Of a stretch of DNA of 64,000 nucleotides, positions 1 to 10,592 are shown piece by piece. How positions within the stretch are numbered: the first letter of the stretch is position 1; every line of letters begins with the position of its first letter. The stretch is from Dimorphilus gyrociliatus (lineage: Eukaryota > Animalia > Annelida), in the NCBI GenBank assembly GCA_904063045.1, contig CAJFCJ010000014.1:1857643-1921642 (forward strand), in the 5' to 3' direction. The notes under the pieces are model-generated. The model had not been told where the DNA came from. It saw nothing but the letters and a program-made list of their open reading frames with translations, and searched no databases. A program made the position numbers and the translations under genes.

Positions 1-99
1 ATGCTCTCTTTTTATTTAAATGAAAAATTAGCCGAAAAAAGAGAAGGTCTTGATGCTAACTATTTTCATATATAATTTCCATTTGCATCAAAAAATGAA

Positions 100-194
100 C
101 GCCCGAACAGGGACTTGAACCCTGGACCCTCAGATTACTTTAAACTGAAAGTTCTCTTAAAAGTCTGATGCTCTACCGACTGAGCTATCCGGGC
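100..194 (-). tRNA. trnK-UUU: tRNA-Lys(UUU) with 22-nt intron (136-157), copy 1
   Basis: The reverse complement reads GCCCGGATAGCTCAGTCGGTAGAGCATCAGACTTTTA-[AGAGAACTTTCAGTTTAAAGTA]-ATCTGAGGGTCCAGGGTTCAAGTCCCTGTTCGGGCG. Removing the insert after position 37 gives a canonical 73-nt eukaryotic Lys-UUU with A and B boxes. A T-run Pol III terminator follows. Confidence 0.96.
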
Positions 195-332
195 TTCTGA
201 AAAACTTGAACCAAAAAATTTCCTAGGACACGCTTAGAATACTTTTTATTTGAATGAAAAATGAGCCGAGAAAAAGAAGGTCCTGATACTAACTATTTTC
301 ATATATAATTCCCATTTGCAACAAAAATTGAA

Positions 333-427
333 CGCCCGAACAGGGACTTGAACCCTGGACCCTCAGATTACTATGAACTGAAAGTTCTCTTAAAAGTCTG
401 ATGCTCTACCGACTGAGCTATCCGGGC
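333..427 (-). tRNA. trnK-UUU: tRNA-Lys(UUU) with 22-nt intron, copy 2
   Basis: Exons identical to copy 1; intron AGAGAACTTTCAGTTCATAGTA. Confidence 0.96.
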
Positions 428-567
428 AGCTGAAATTTAAGGTTGAAAAATCTCATACAATATGCCCTAACTATTATTTCCTTAAATAAATGTACAAAAA
501 GAAAATACTGTGTTTTTTTATTGAATTCTTTTCATTTATATTATCAATTTATAGCAAAAAAGACTTA

Positions 568-662
568 CGCCCGAACAGGGACTTGAACCCTGGACCCTCA
601 GATCACTTTGAACCGAAAGTTCTCTTAAAAGTCTGATGCTCTACCGACTGAGCTATCCGGGC
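568..662 (-). tRNA. trnK-UUU: tRNA-Lys(UUU) with 22-nt intron, copy 3
   Basis: Exons identical to copy 1; intron AGAGAACTTTCGGTTCAAAGTG. Confidence 0.96.
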
Positions 663-827
663 AGTTACGAATCAATCTTAAAAGGGATTTTCTGAAGCTA
701 TTTCACACAAACTTCATTAAAATATATTCAACCCTAAGCCTTAATTAAACGAAGAGATTAAAATCATATATGTAGGGATTTAATGTAAATGTATACACTG
801 AGTAATGTTTATAGAAAAATAAAGACT

Positions 828-914
828 TAAACAAGGGCTTGAACCTTGGACTATTGTAGTGCACTTAAGTTGTCCGAACAGTGTGGGACTCTAACAAATG
901 AATTACCTTTCCAG
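828..914 (-). pseudogene. Degenerate tRNA-like remnant inside the tRNA array
   Basis: The minus strand has an A-box-like TAATTCATTTGTTAGAG (functional copies: TAGCTCAGTCGGTAGAG) and a B-box-like GTCCAAGGTTCAAGCCCTTGTT at intron-containing tRNA spacing. It shares the 'agactta' flank with copy 3. The acceptor stem is broken. Confidence 0.6.
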
Positions 915-1066
915 CGAATGACCTCCAAGTATTCAGCAATTCATAAAATTTAAACAGATTTTAATCCTAGAGAGCAACAATTGTGATGTTACATTCGAAA
1001 ATCTCTTTAAAATAAATAAGTTAAGCTAGATAAAAATAAAACAAAAAAAAAGTAGAAAAAATTGAA

Positions 1067-1161
1067 CGCCCGAACAGGGACTTGAACCCTGGACCCTCAG
1101 ATTACTCTAAACTGAAAGTTCTCTTAAAAGTCTGATGCTCTACCGACTGAGCTATCCGGGC
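1067..1161 (-). tRNA. trnK-UUU: tRNA-Lys(UUU) with 22-nt intron, copy 4
   Basis: Exons identical to copy 1; intron AGAGAACTTTCAGTTTAGAGTA. Confidence 0.96.
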
Positions 1162-1309
1162 AGCTGATAAACATCATTTTATTTGAAAAATTACCAAAAA
1201 TTAAGATTATTTTAATATTAATATAAAATTTCGAATGTTTATTTAATTTTAATTAAATGGATAAATTACTTAATGTTGCTATGTTGAAAAAAAAATAAAA
1301 AAAAATTTA

Positions 1310-1404
1310 CGCCCGAACAGGGACTTGAACCCTGGACCCTCAGATCACTTTGAACTGAAAGTTCTCTTAAAAGTCTGATGCTCTACCGACTGAGCTATCC
1401 GGGC
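1310..1404 (-). tRNA. trnK-UUU: tRNA-Lys(UUU) with 22-nt intron, copy 5
   Basis: Exons identical to copy 1; intron AGAGAACTTTCAGTTCAAAGTG. Confidence 0.96.
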
Positions 1405-1953
1405 TTCTGTATTATGGCAATGTTTTACTGTATAAGAACACTGACTAGTCGTAGTTTTTTAGCATAAATAAAATTTTTTTAGTGGGCTTTTGGGCTATTT
1501 CGATACACTTTTGATTATTAGCTAAATTATTCCTACACTTGTTTAATATAAAATATATTCTTACTTACCTGATTAGTATATAAAAGAAATGTAATTCTTT
1601 ATTATTGGTTTTAATCAATTTATTATAATAAACTATAACTAATCGTTGACAGCTGCACGGCAAACTATGACTGTTCTGTACAGTGCTTGGATTTTTATCA
1701 GCTACGTTTAAATGACAAATAGAAAATAACTATATACTGTGTTACATATGTTAACTCTCAGAACTTGATTGCAATAACATAACAAACCGCGTTGATATTA
1801 AAAATGTTTCTATCATTCATCAGTCTGTTTACGGTGTCTCTGTCACCGGAAGCGGAATTCTGAGCTAAAAGTTTACAAGCCGCTTTACGGGTTAAAAATT
1901 TTGTTGTTTTCTTCGAGTTTGTCGAATAGTTACGACTTAATCGACTTTAAAAG

Positions 1954-3754
1954 ATGTCCGGTAGATTACCAGCGGTTGTAATTGACAATGGAACAGGGTA
2001 AATATAAATTCATGACATGTAGTCATCTGATTTATAAAAATTAGTCAATAACGACTTCCTGATACACCCCACTTTTAGAAACAAAATGTTTTCAACGAAT
2101 ATAATGTACTTTACAGCTATACGAAAATGGGGTATGCTGGAAACTCAGAACCACAGTTCATTATACCCTCAACTATAGCAGTAAAAGAGACTGCAAAAAT
2201 TGGCGATCAAGCTACTAGGCGATTAGCAAAAGGAGTTGATGATCTGGACTTTTTCATTGGGGATGAAGCTTTAGATGCCACTTCATATGCTGTTAAGGTA
2301 TAGCATTAGATATAAAAAATGTTCAAGGCTTTATTTGTTATTTTACAGTGGCCTATTAGACACGGTTTAGTGGAGGATTGGGATTTGATGGAGCGTTTCT
2401 GGGAACAAGCCATCTTTAAATACCTTAGATGTGAACCGGAGGATCATTATTTTCTCTTGGTAAGTTTTTATTATTAGAAAAATGACATCGAAATGAGTAA
2501 ATGTTCTTGCTCTTCCGAAGACTGAGCCCCCATTGAACACACCGGAAAATCGTGAATACACAGCAGAAATCATGTTTGAATCGTTCAACATTCCAGGACT
2601 TTATATAGCTGTTCAAGTAAGTTTCAAATGTTGATATCTTCATCAAAAAGTTATATCCACTTTTTAAAAATTTATTAAAGGCTGTCTTAGGATTGGCTGC
2701 TTCATGGACGGATCGTCCTCGTGAAGAGCGAATTTTGACAGGAACAGTTATTGATTCCGGTGATGGCGTCACACACGTTATACCAGTAGCTGATGGTTAT
2801 GTAATTGGGAGTTGCATTAAGCATATTCCGATAGCTGGTCGAGATATCACAGCATTCATACAGCAATTATTAAGAGAGAGAGAAGTTGGCATACCCCCTG
2901 AACAGAGCATGGAAACAGCAAAAGCTATAAAAGAACGTCATTGCTACGTATGTCCTGATATTGTTAAAGAATATGGCAAATACGATAAAGAACCGGGTAA
3001 ATGGATAAAGCAATTTCAATCACAAAATGCCATTACTAAACAACCTTTCACTGTCGATGTCGGATACGAAAGGTTTTTAGGACCTGAGATTTTCTTTCAC
3101 CCAGAGGTAAAGTTATTTAATAACTTTATTAAATAGATATATATTAAAAACGAAATCTTTGTTTTTAGTTTGCTAACGCCGACTTTCGCACTCCAATTTC
3201 TGAAATAGTCGACGAAGTCATTCAAAACTGCCCCATTGATGCACGTAGAGGCTTATATAAGGTAAAAATATCTTGTAAACTGTTATTTTTACAGAAATAA
3301 TTACAGAAATATTTCTTTCTCAGAATATTGTTTTATCTGGAGGTTCAACAATGTTTAAAGATTTCAATAGGCGTCTTGAAAGGGATTTGAAAAGAGTTGT
3401 AGACTTCCGAATGAAAACTACCATTGAGTTAAGCGGAGGAAGGCTAAAAGTAAGATAATAAATATCAATCGTTTTTAGATAACGAGCTCTATGTAAACGT
3501 TCATTTTGTTAATTAGCCAACGCCCATTGAAGTTAAAGTTGTAACTCATGCCATGCAACGATACGCTGTCTGGTTTGGAGGTAGCGTTTTAGCATCAACG
3601 GTTAGGATTTAATAAATTAAAGAGTGAACTTTTTCTTAATTGACATTTATTTTCTATACAGCCGGAGTTCTACCAATTTTGCCATACAAAGGCCGACTAT
3701 ATGGAGCATGGAGCTTCTATATGCCGACACAACCCAGTGTTTGGAACAATGTAA
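1954..3754 (+). CDS. ACTR3: Actin-related protein 3 (Arp2/3 complex), multi-exon
   Basis: The spliced model reads [24 protein letters not shown]...[20 protein letters not shown]...[23 protein letters not shown]...[17 protein letters not shown]...[10 protein letters not shown]. All introns are GT-AG. Confidence 0.97.
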
Positions 3755-3822
3755 TTGTGATGAATAATTACACATGTATTTTTAATATGCAAATAGACTT
3801 CTATAAAGCGGCTCGCTTGTAT

Positions 3823-6800
3823 TTACTTTTTTCGTCCACCTCTCTCTTTCAGTTGTAATTGTAACGTAGCTCCAGGATTAAAATTATAGTACGCTAAAGA
3901 GAACTGATCCTTAACAAACATACCATCCAGCTGCAATTTCTGTTTACCAGCTGGAAGGCCCAATTCTTCATTCAATTTTGCTTTAATTACAGAGATCTGT
4001 AATAAAAGTTATGAAATTTATTTTGTGTTTTAAAATTTATAAAAATATACAATAAAGATTCAGAGAAAAATATATTTTTTGTACCAACCGAGTCGTTTAG
4101 AGGTAATGTCAGTGAAACTATTTGACCATTTAATCGCCATTCTGATTTGTCCGGCATATGAGGAACAATAACTTTGAATGTAACTGGACTCTGTATTCAA
4201 ATAAAAATGTACAATTTGTTCTTGGAAAATTAATGGACTATAAATATTTACTGGATTTTTTGCCAGGAAATCACTTTCAGGAACCAGACTTTCCTCTGTT
4301 TTAGCTTTCTTAGCTACTGGCTCATCCATCATTGGCTGGGGCATTGTTGCTACCTGAAATTGCACGCACAATTTAAATAGAATAGCTAATATTTATCGTC
4401 GCAATCACTCACTGCTGTTTGTAGTGTCACTGTTGGTACAATGGGCATAGCAGCAACAAGTGGTCTAGGTGGTCCTGGTGGTAGTCCTATAACTGCTGGT
4501 TGTCTTGCAACCATAACGACAGGTTGAGTTGCTAAATGCATGGGATTATGTACGGGCATAGACTGTGTAAAAAGAAACATTATTAATAACTGATAGAAAT
4601 TATAATCATACAATAAATATCACCTTGTTTTGAGAGACATTTGTGGGCGGGGCAGATGAGATTGGGGCAGTAACTAAGTAAATAAAAATGCATTTAATCC
4701 CTGGAATATTGTTGAAATATATTATCACTCACCTGGCGGGGCAGCAACAATTCCTCCTTTAACTTTTGGCCCAATTTTGTCTTTATCCTCAGTACTATTA
4801 GAAAAAGATAAAAATTTAATATTTTTAGAATATATGCTGCTATAATTCAACAAACCCAGATTTGTGTATAGAGGCAATTTGATCGTCAATGGAAATATTT
4901 TCCCTAGCTTTTTGTGTAACTCTTTCCATGGAAGCAGTGTGACCATCCCAGATAACTTTTTGGGGTCTCCTCTCCTCAGATTCACCAATTTTCTTACCAA
5001 TATCTGTTTCTTCCAATTCACCACCAACGTTGAAGATATCTGTACGACGTTCAGCTAACAGTTTTAGATTAGAATCGATTGAAGATCCAGGAGCATAAAC
5101 AATTTCAGCATCTCGCTTGTCAGCAATGGCTTTGTCTCTCTGCGTTATCCATCCCTTATCAATTAGACCTGAAATTTATTTAGTGTTAAATTCACGGTTG
5201 AAATAGTTAAAAGAGTTCCGTTAATTCTTACTGTATTTCACATGGTTACTGATATTGTCTCCTGATATTTTTTCTCCAGTTAAAGGTGATACAAAATCTG
5301 ATGAAGTACCAACAACTTTCTTGCTTGCTATTTTTGAAAGAAATAAAAATAATTAATATTAAAACGAAATGTGTAAATCAATGAAATACCCTTTGGATCG
5401 TATGCTTTTACAATAATATTTTCCGGAGTGGGTGGCAATGGAGGTTGATGTGGTTTGTCTTGTGGAGGAGGCGGAGGAACAACATTCTTAAAAAAAATAA
5501 TTTTGATTTTATTAAAAAAAAAACACAAATAACAACAAAATGCTTACCTTATTTTTATCATCTGCTTTTTCGGTAGTATGGGCATGCTCCTCTTCTTCGT
5601 CGACGTCCATTTCAACTTCTTGAACGCTTTCTGTCTCATGCTGCACGTATTGAAAATAATCTTGAATTAGAAAAACAAGATATTTGAACTGATGATTTTA
5701 CCGAAACACTTTCGTAACGCTGTTGAGCTATTATTCTTGCTCCTACTTCATCCGGAGTTGTTGGCGGTGGAAGATTACCCATTTCATTCTGAAGAAATTC
5801 CACAACTTCTACCACAACAAAGTCATGCCAGTCAACTTGAGCGTAGGATACTAAACCGCAACAATTATAGTATAAGCGTAAATTAAAAAATTGAAATTAA
5901 CAATGAATATTAATTAATATTACCTCTTTCTTTTTCAGCTTCTTCTTCCTCTCTTTTCTTCAATCTTTGTTCATATCTAAACCAATCAACACGATGTTTA
6001 ACCTGATCTAATACCTATTAAAAATTCACCTTTTAGTATGAAAAATAATACTTTATACTTATGAATAATTAAATTTACGTGTAAAGGATCAAAATTTTCT
6101 TTCTCTAATTTCTTCTTTAGATCTTTTGGGGGAATTAAAACCTGAATGACACAAAAAAATAGAAAATTTAATAAAATGCTCCTCTTTAAGCACAAATATT
6201 GTTCATACTTTTGTATATTGTTCTACCAATTTTGTAAAATATGTAAATAATGAATGTTGGGGTCTCAAAAAATCAAATTGGTAATTTCTCTGTTCTTTGT
6301 TCATTAAATTTGTGAGAAACTGACGACCATTTCGAGCAACAAATTGTGCTGTAAGTTTTACAACATCCCTAAAAATATTAAATGTTTTAATTAATTTTAA
6401 AGATGTTTGATATGGTATTTTACTAACAAATCATAGGCCGATATACTTGGTGGATCAGCCACAAATTCAAACTCGGCAGGAGGTTCTTTTGGAACGATAG
6501 GTTCAGCTTGACGTAAAATTTCTTGCTGTTGTTGTCGATTTACTACCTGAAGTCCAAGGCCACTTCCCGGCTGTTTTATATTTTGGTGTAAAAATTGAAA
6601 ATGCAATACTTTTAAAACAAACCTTAGAGGATGGTTCTACACCTTTCCCCTCTCTAAACTCTTTAACTTTATGCTGATAGTATGCATGGTACGGATCGTT
6701 CCCATTTAAAAAGTTAAATTTAGAGTTATTTATTTCATTTTGACGAATTCTGCTTTCAAACTCCGGTCCGTTTCGGGCAACAAAGCTAGCTGTTTTATCA

Positions 6801-7057
6801 ACAATATCTACATATGTTAAGGACAGTTACGATCCTGACAATACATAACCATACTTGAAGTACAAAAAATGGCATAAATGTTTATACTTTCACTAGATCA
6901 TTGCTAAATGAAAGTCAAGTTAACACGAAATTCAAGAATTGAACGAAAATCGGTCTTAAAGGATACTTCGAACTTCTGGTGGTGGGTAAATAATACCAAT
7001 AGTTGGTTTTGATGGAGCAGGAGCGCTTTCTTCGGCTTTAGCGACTTCGGCCGGCAT
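3823..7057 (-). CDS. SF3A1: Splicing factor 3A subunit 1 (two SURP domains, Pro-rich region, C-terminal ubiquitin-like domain)
   Basis: N-terminus MPAEVAKAEESAPAPSKPTIGIIYPPPEVRNIVDKTASFVARNG; second SURP DVVKLTAQFVARNGRQFL; C-terminus SLAYYNFNPGATLQLQLKERGGRKK*. Confidence 0.96.
6808..6966 (-). other. U12-type (minor spliceosome) GT-AG intron, SF3A1 intron 1, 159 nt
   Basis: The 5' splice site is GTATCCTTT (6966-6958). The branch point TCCTTAAC (6823-6816) lies a few nt before the AG, with no polypyrimidine tract. Splicing restores PEVR-N-IVDKT. Confidence 0.92.
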
Positions 7058-7315
7058 TTTAGTCAAAAATCGTCAATATATCGTCAAAATGGCGAAATCT
7101 ACTTGTTTTCGTACTTAAGTATTAGAGATACGATTTACCTAATGAAATTAATTTAAATCGGAAATATTATTAGTTTAAATATAATTTAACAGTTGCTAAC
7201 AAGCTAAATATTTTATTTTCTGACTTTTTCCGAAATTAGAATGTCGGTTTTTCACTTCCGGTCTATGGCAACAAGTTAATTTGTTATTACTTATTTTATC
7301 GCTATATATCTTACA
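7058..7315. promoter_or_regulatory. Compact bidirectional promoter, SF3A1/METTL14
   Basis: 258 bp separate the divergent ATGs. The region contains an ETS-like CACTTCCGG (7253-7261) and a YY1-like AAAATGGCG (about 7086-7094). Motif assignments are inferred. Confidence 0.6.
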
Positions 7316-8778
7316 ATGTCAGACTTCCTCAAAGCTCTACAGGCAAAATCTGCTATGCGAAAGTACCTTTTAGCAAAACAGGTATTTCATTTTAAACGAT
7401 TTCTTGTCTACAATATATCTGACTTTTTAAAAATCTAGATGAGACTCGCAAGTCCCGACCATTTAAGAACAACTCTTAATAGCTCGACTGACTTGAAAGA
7501 AATCGAAATCGAAAGGTTGGTTGGAATGAAAACATTTTAAATAAAATTATTTAAATTTTATTTTCTTTCAGCAAATGTAGAAGTACTGGCGAACCGAAAA
7601 ATTATGTTTTAACTAAAGATCAGAAGTCGATAAAGCCAAAAGATAATGTAAACCTTTTTTTCTAATTTAAAAAGACTAAATGTAGTTAGTTATTTTTTTT
7701 TTGGTGTTCAAAAATGGAATTAAAAAATTATTTCATAAATTCATAGGATGATGATGTGAATGAAGAGGATAAAGAAAAAATTTACACAGATTCAACAGCC
7801 TTCCTTAAAGGTACCCAGTCAGAGAATCCACATAATGACTATTGCCAATATTTTGTCGATTCCGGATACAGACCACAAAATTTTATTCGCGATGTTGGAT
7901 TAGCCAACCGTTTTGAAGAATATCCAAAACTAAGAGAATTGATTAGGCTTAAGGACGAACTTATTTCCAAGACAAATGTTTCTCCGCAGTATATGAATTG
8001 TGATCTAGAAGTATTCGATCTAGCAGAATTAGACTCAAAATTTGATGTTATATTGATTGAGCCCCCTCTAGAGGAGATGACCAGAATGTGTGGAGCTGTG
8101 TGTGATAAATACTGGAATTGGGAAGAAGTCGAAAGGTTGGAAATTGATCAGATAGCAGCTCAGAGATCCTTTTGTTGGATTTGGTGCGGTTCTAGTGATG
8201 GTTTGGATGCTGCTAGGCGATGTTTTAAAAAGTGGGGTTTTAGAAGATGTGAAGATATCTGTTGGATTAAAACTAATAAAGAGAAAAGAGGAGGCTTATC
8301 TACACAGTTGGAAGGCAATAGTATTTTTCAAAGAACGAAAGAACATTGTTTAATGGGTATAAAAGGAACAGTTCGAAGATCTCACGACGGCGATTTTATT
8401 CATGCAAACGTTGATATCGATCTGATTATTGATGAGGAGCCTGAATGGGGTTCTCGTGAAAAACCGGTAGAAATTTTTCATATAATCGAACACTTTTGCT
8501 TAGGCAGGAGACGCCTGCATGTTTTCGGTCGAGATTCAACCATCCGGCCAGGATGGGTAACTGTTGGTCCAGAAGTCACTAGTTCAAATTACGACCCTGT
8601 GTCTTATAAACAACACTTTACTGCAACAGAGACATCTTATCTAACTGGGTGCTCCGAAGAAATAGAAAGAATGAGACCAAAATCCCCACCGGCTAAAATA
8701 GCAAAGACTGCCTCGACAAATGCTCCTAGAGGGGGAGGACGGGGAGGTTTCACTCAAGTTCCCAGATCTAGGCCATGA
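7316..8778 (+). CDS. METTL14: m6A methyltransferase non-catalytic subunit METTL14
   Basis: [52 protein letters not shown], the EPPL motif, [12 protein letters not shown] and a C-terminal RGG tail. Three short introns lie in the first ~440 bp. Confidence 0.97.
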
Positions 8779-8865
8779 TGTCTTTTGATATTTTAAATTA
8801 GAGTTTTTTTATCATTATAATAAGTAGCATTTAACTCTTGTATTGTTGTTTTCTCTCTTTTTTTG

Positions 8866-10131
8866 CTAAGAATAAAACTTTTTTGTTATTGTCGTAGGAA
8901 ATGAAATATTTTTAAAGTCTACATTGTTTTGAGGTAAACAAACATCCTTTGAATTGATAAAGATAAAAGAATTATGAAAGTTCGAAAGAAGAAAGCCGTA
9001 TAATAATATAATAAGTAGCACAGGGTAGGTAGAAAAAAAACACAAACTGTAAACCTTATCATTCTCCCTTTTATAGAAATCAAGCATTATGATGGCAGCC
9101 TACTCTAGAGAACCGATAGTTTATGCAATTTGGTAAATTGAATACAAAATCGTGTCAAGTGGATTTAAGGGAAGAATAAAGTGTACTTGTGGGGATAAAT
9201 ATATGCTAACAACCTGCCATCACCTTATTGATTACTACACTTTATATAATTATAGTAAAAAAAAATTGGAAGGGATATTGCTTTATTCTAAAACAATGTT
9301 GTATATTGAATGTAGGTGTAATATTTTAAGTATATCCATAATTCGCGTAATTGTTGAGCTGTAATTTGTAATGAAGAGTGATTCTTGTCTGGAAGTCTAC
9401 GTTTGAACATTATTCGAAACCTGGAAAACTTTTTATTTGCTCCATTTAACGGACTAGCGATGATTGCAGTATGCCAAATTCTAAATGGAAATTCCTGGAC
9501 AAATGATTGATATGGTTTCCTTAGAACAATTAATAATCGATCTATATGAGAAGTTATAGAGCATCCAATAGCTTTACCTGTCATATTCCATACCGTTTAT
9601 GCTTTAAAAGTGTATGAATTATTTGCAGAGGATGGAATTATTTTGAGATGAAATGAACTCATTTATTTTATGAGGGAAGAAAAAATAAGATATAAAGAAT
9701 GTATGTACTATGATAGTTTGCCCTAACAATAAACCCCAATGAGGAAAGTATCGATTCTGGTGGAAAACTCGGATGCTAGAAAGAATACTTTCACCCTGCT
9801 TTATATATAATGTGTGATAATTAGTATTAAATTAATGGGTGAGGATAATATCAGACCTAAAAGTGGATATTAGAGTAGAGCTCATTAAATTAGAATAAAG
9901 TGCTGGAGATTACTTTCTTAAGAATTTCGATTGGTCTCACTACTATAGATTTGTAGTATTTATTCATTTAATCGGTTTTATAATCATTGCCGGTATAATG
10001 TGCGAAATTAGAAACTTTAAATTTGGTAAACTGTCTAAGCCGGAAAATATTAGAGAATTAAGGCTAAATGTTGGCTCCTTGAAACAGCCGGAAGTTGATG
10101 TAACAACCAACCTATGATGTAATCCAAATAG
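8866..10131 (-). pseudogene. Unassigned coding-like region; possibly a degenerate ionotropic-receptor-like gene
   Basis: Four minus-strand open segments (about 10131-9964, 9830-9620, 9584-9288, 9087-8866) include LIVLRKPYQSFVQEFPFRIWHTAIIAS and VLLIILLYGFLLSNF. These loosely resemble pre-M1/M1 and M3 of iGluR/IR proteins. They are separated by stops and frameshifts, and the call is pattern recognition only. Confidence 0.25.
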
Positions 10132-10592
10132 TTAATTACTGAAAAAATTGGAAAGGAAAGGAAAAAAAAAATAAGCCAATTAGATATTGAAAAAAACATC
10201 CAATGAAGAATTTCTTATTCTTTTATTAATATATTTGTATTACATGTTTTTTGTAATTTCATTTCCTTTTGAACTATTGAAAAAGAAATTATTAATCTGT
10301 TTTATGACTATTAACATAGTAAATTTAGAAAGAATGATTCAACAGGCCTGTATTTTTATTGTTTATTTTTACAAGAAAATATGACTTATTATTTGAATTT
10401 ATGGTCATAAATTGTCAGTTATGAATTCTGTTAAAATATAGCATTCCTTAACGAATAAGTATGGACACTACGGTAACAAACAACATATTCATACGTATTT
10501 ATTGGTTTTGGACGTAAGCGAATTTATCAACACTTTTCTTGTATTATAAACAAAATTATCATTATTCGAAAGTGAATACTCTTAGTTCAAAA

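Larger units (their letters stand above)
1..430. repeat. Tandem duplication of an approximately 233-bp unit (flank plus tRNA copies 1 and 2)
   Basis: 1-99 and about 243-332 are nearly identical (tttttattt.aatgaaaaat.agccga...aactattttcatatataatt.ccatttgca), and each abuts a tRNA 3' end. The tRNA starts are 233 bp apart. Confidence 0.9.

Noticed and set aside
100-1404. Repeat-spacer appearance resembling a CRISPR array
   Set aside because: The repeats are complete tRNA genes, the context is eukaryotic, and no cas genes are present.
1563-1571. ACTTACCTG, resembling the U1 snRNA 5' end, or a minus-strand CAG|GTAAGT recursive splice site
   Set aside because: No U1 stem-loops or Sm site follow, and no minus-strand gene could be built to use the site.
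7756-8778. METTL14 has EPPL instead of the catalytic DPPW
   Set aside because: This is the normal, well-known degenerate motif of METTL14.
9350-9660. Plus-strand frame interrupted only by TGA codons (possible selenoprotein or readthrough)
   Set aside because: There is no recognisable protein, redox motif or SECIS-like hairpin, and chance is sufficient in AT-rich DNA.
10444-10452. TTCCTTAAC, a U12-like branch point followed by AG
   Set aside because: No matching RTATCCTT donor lies upstream and it is outside any modelled intron.
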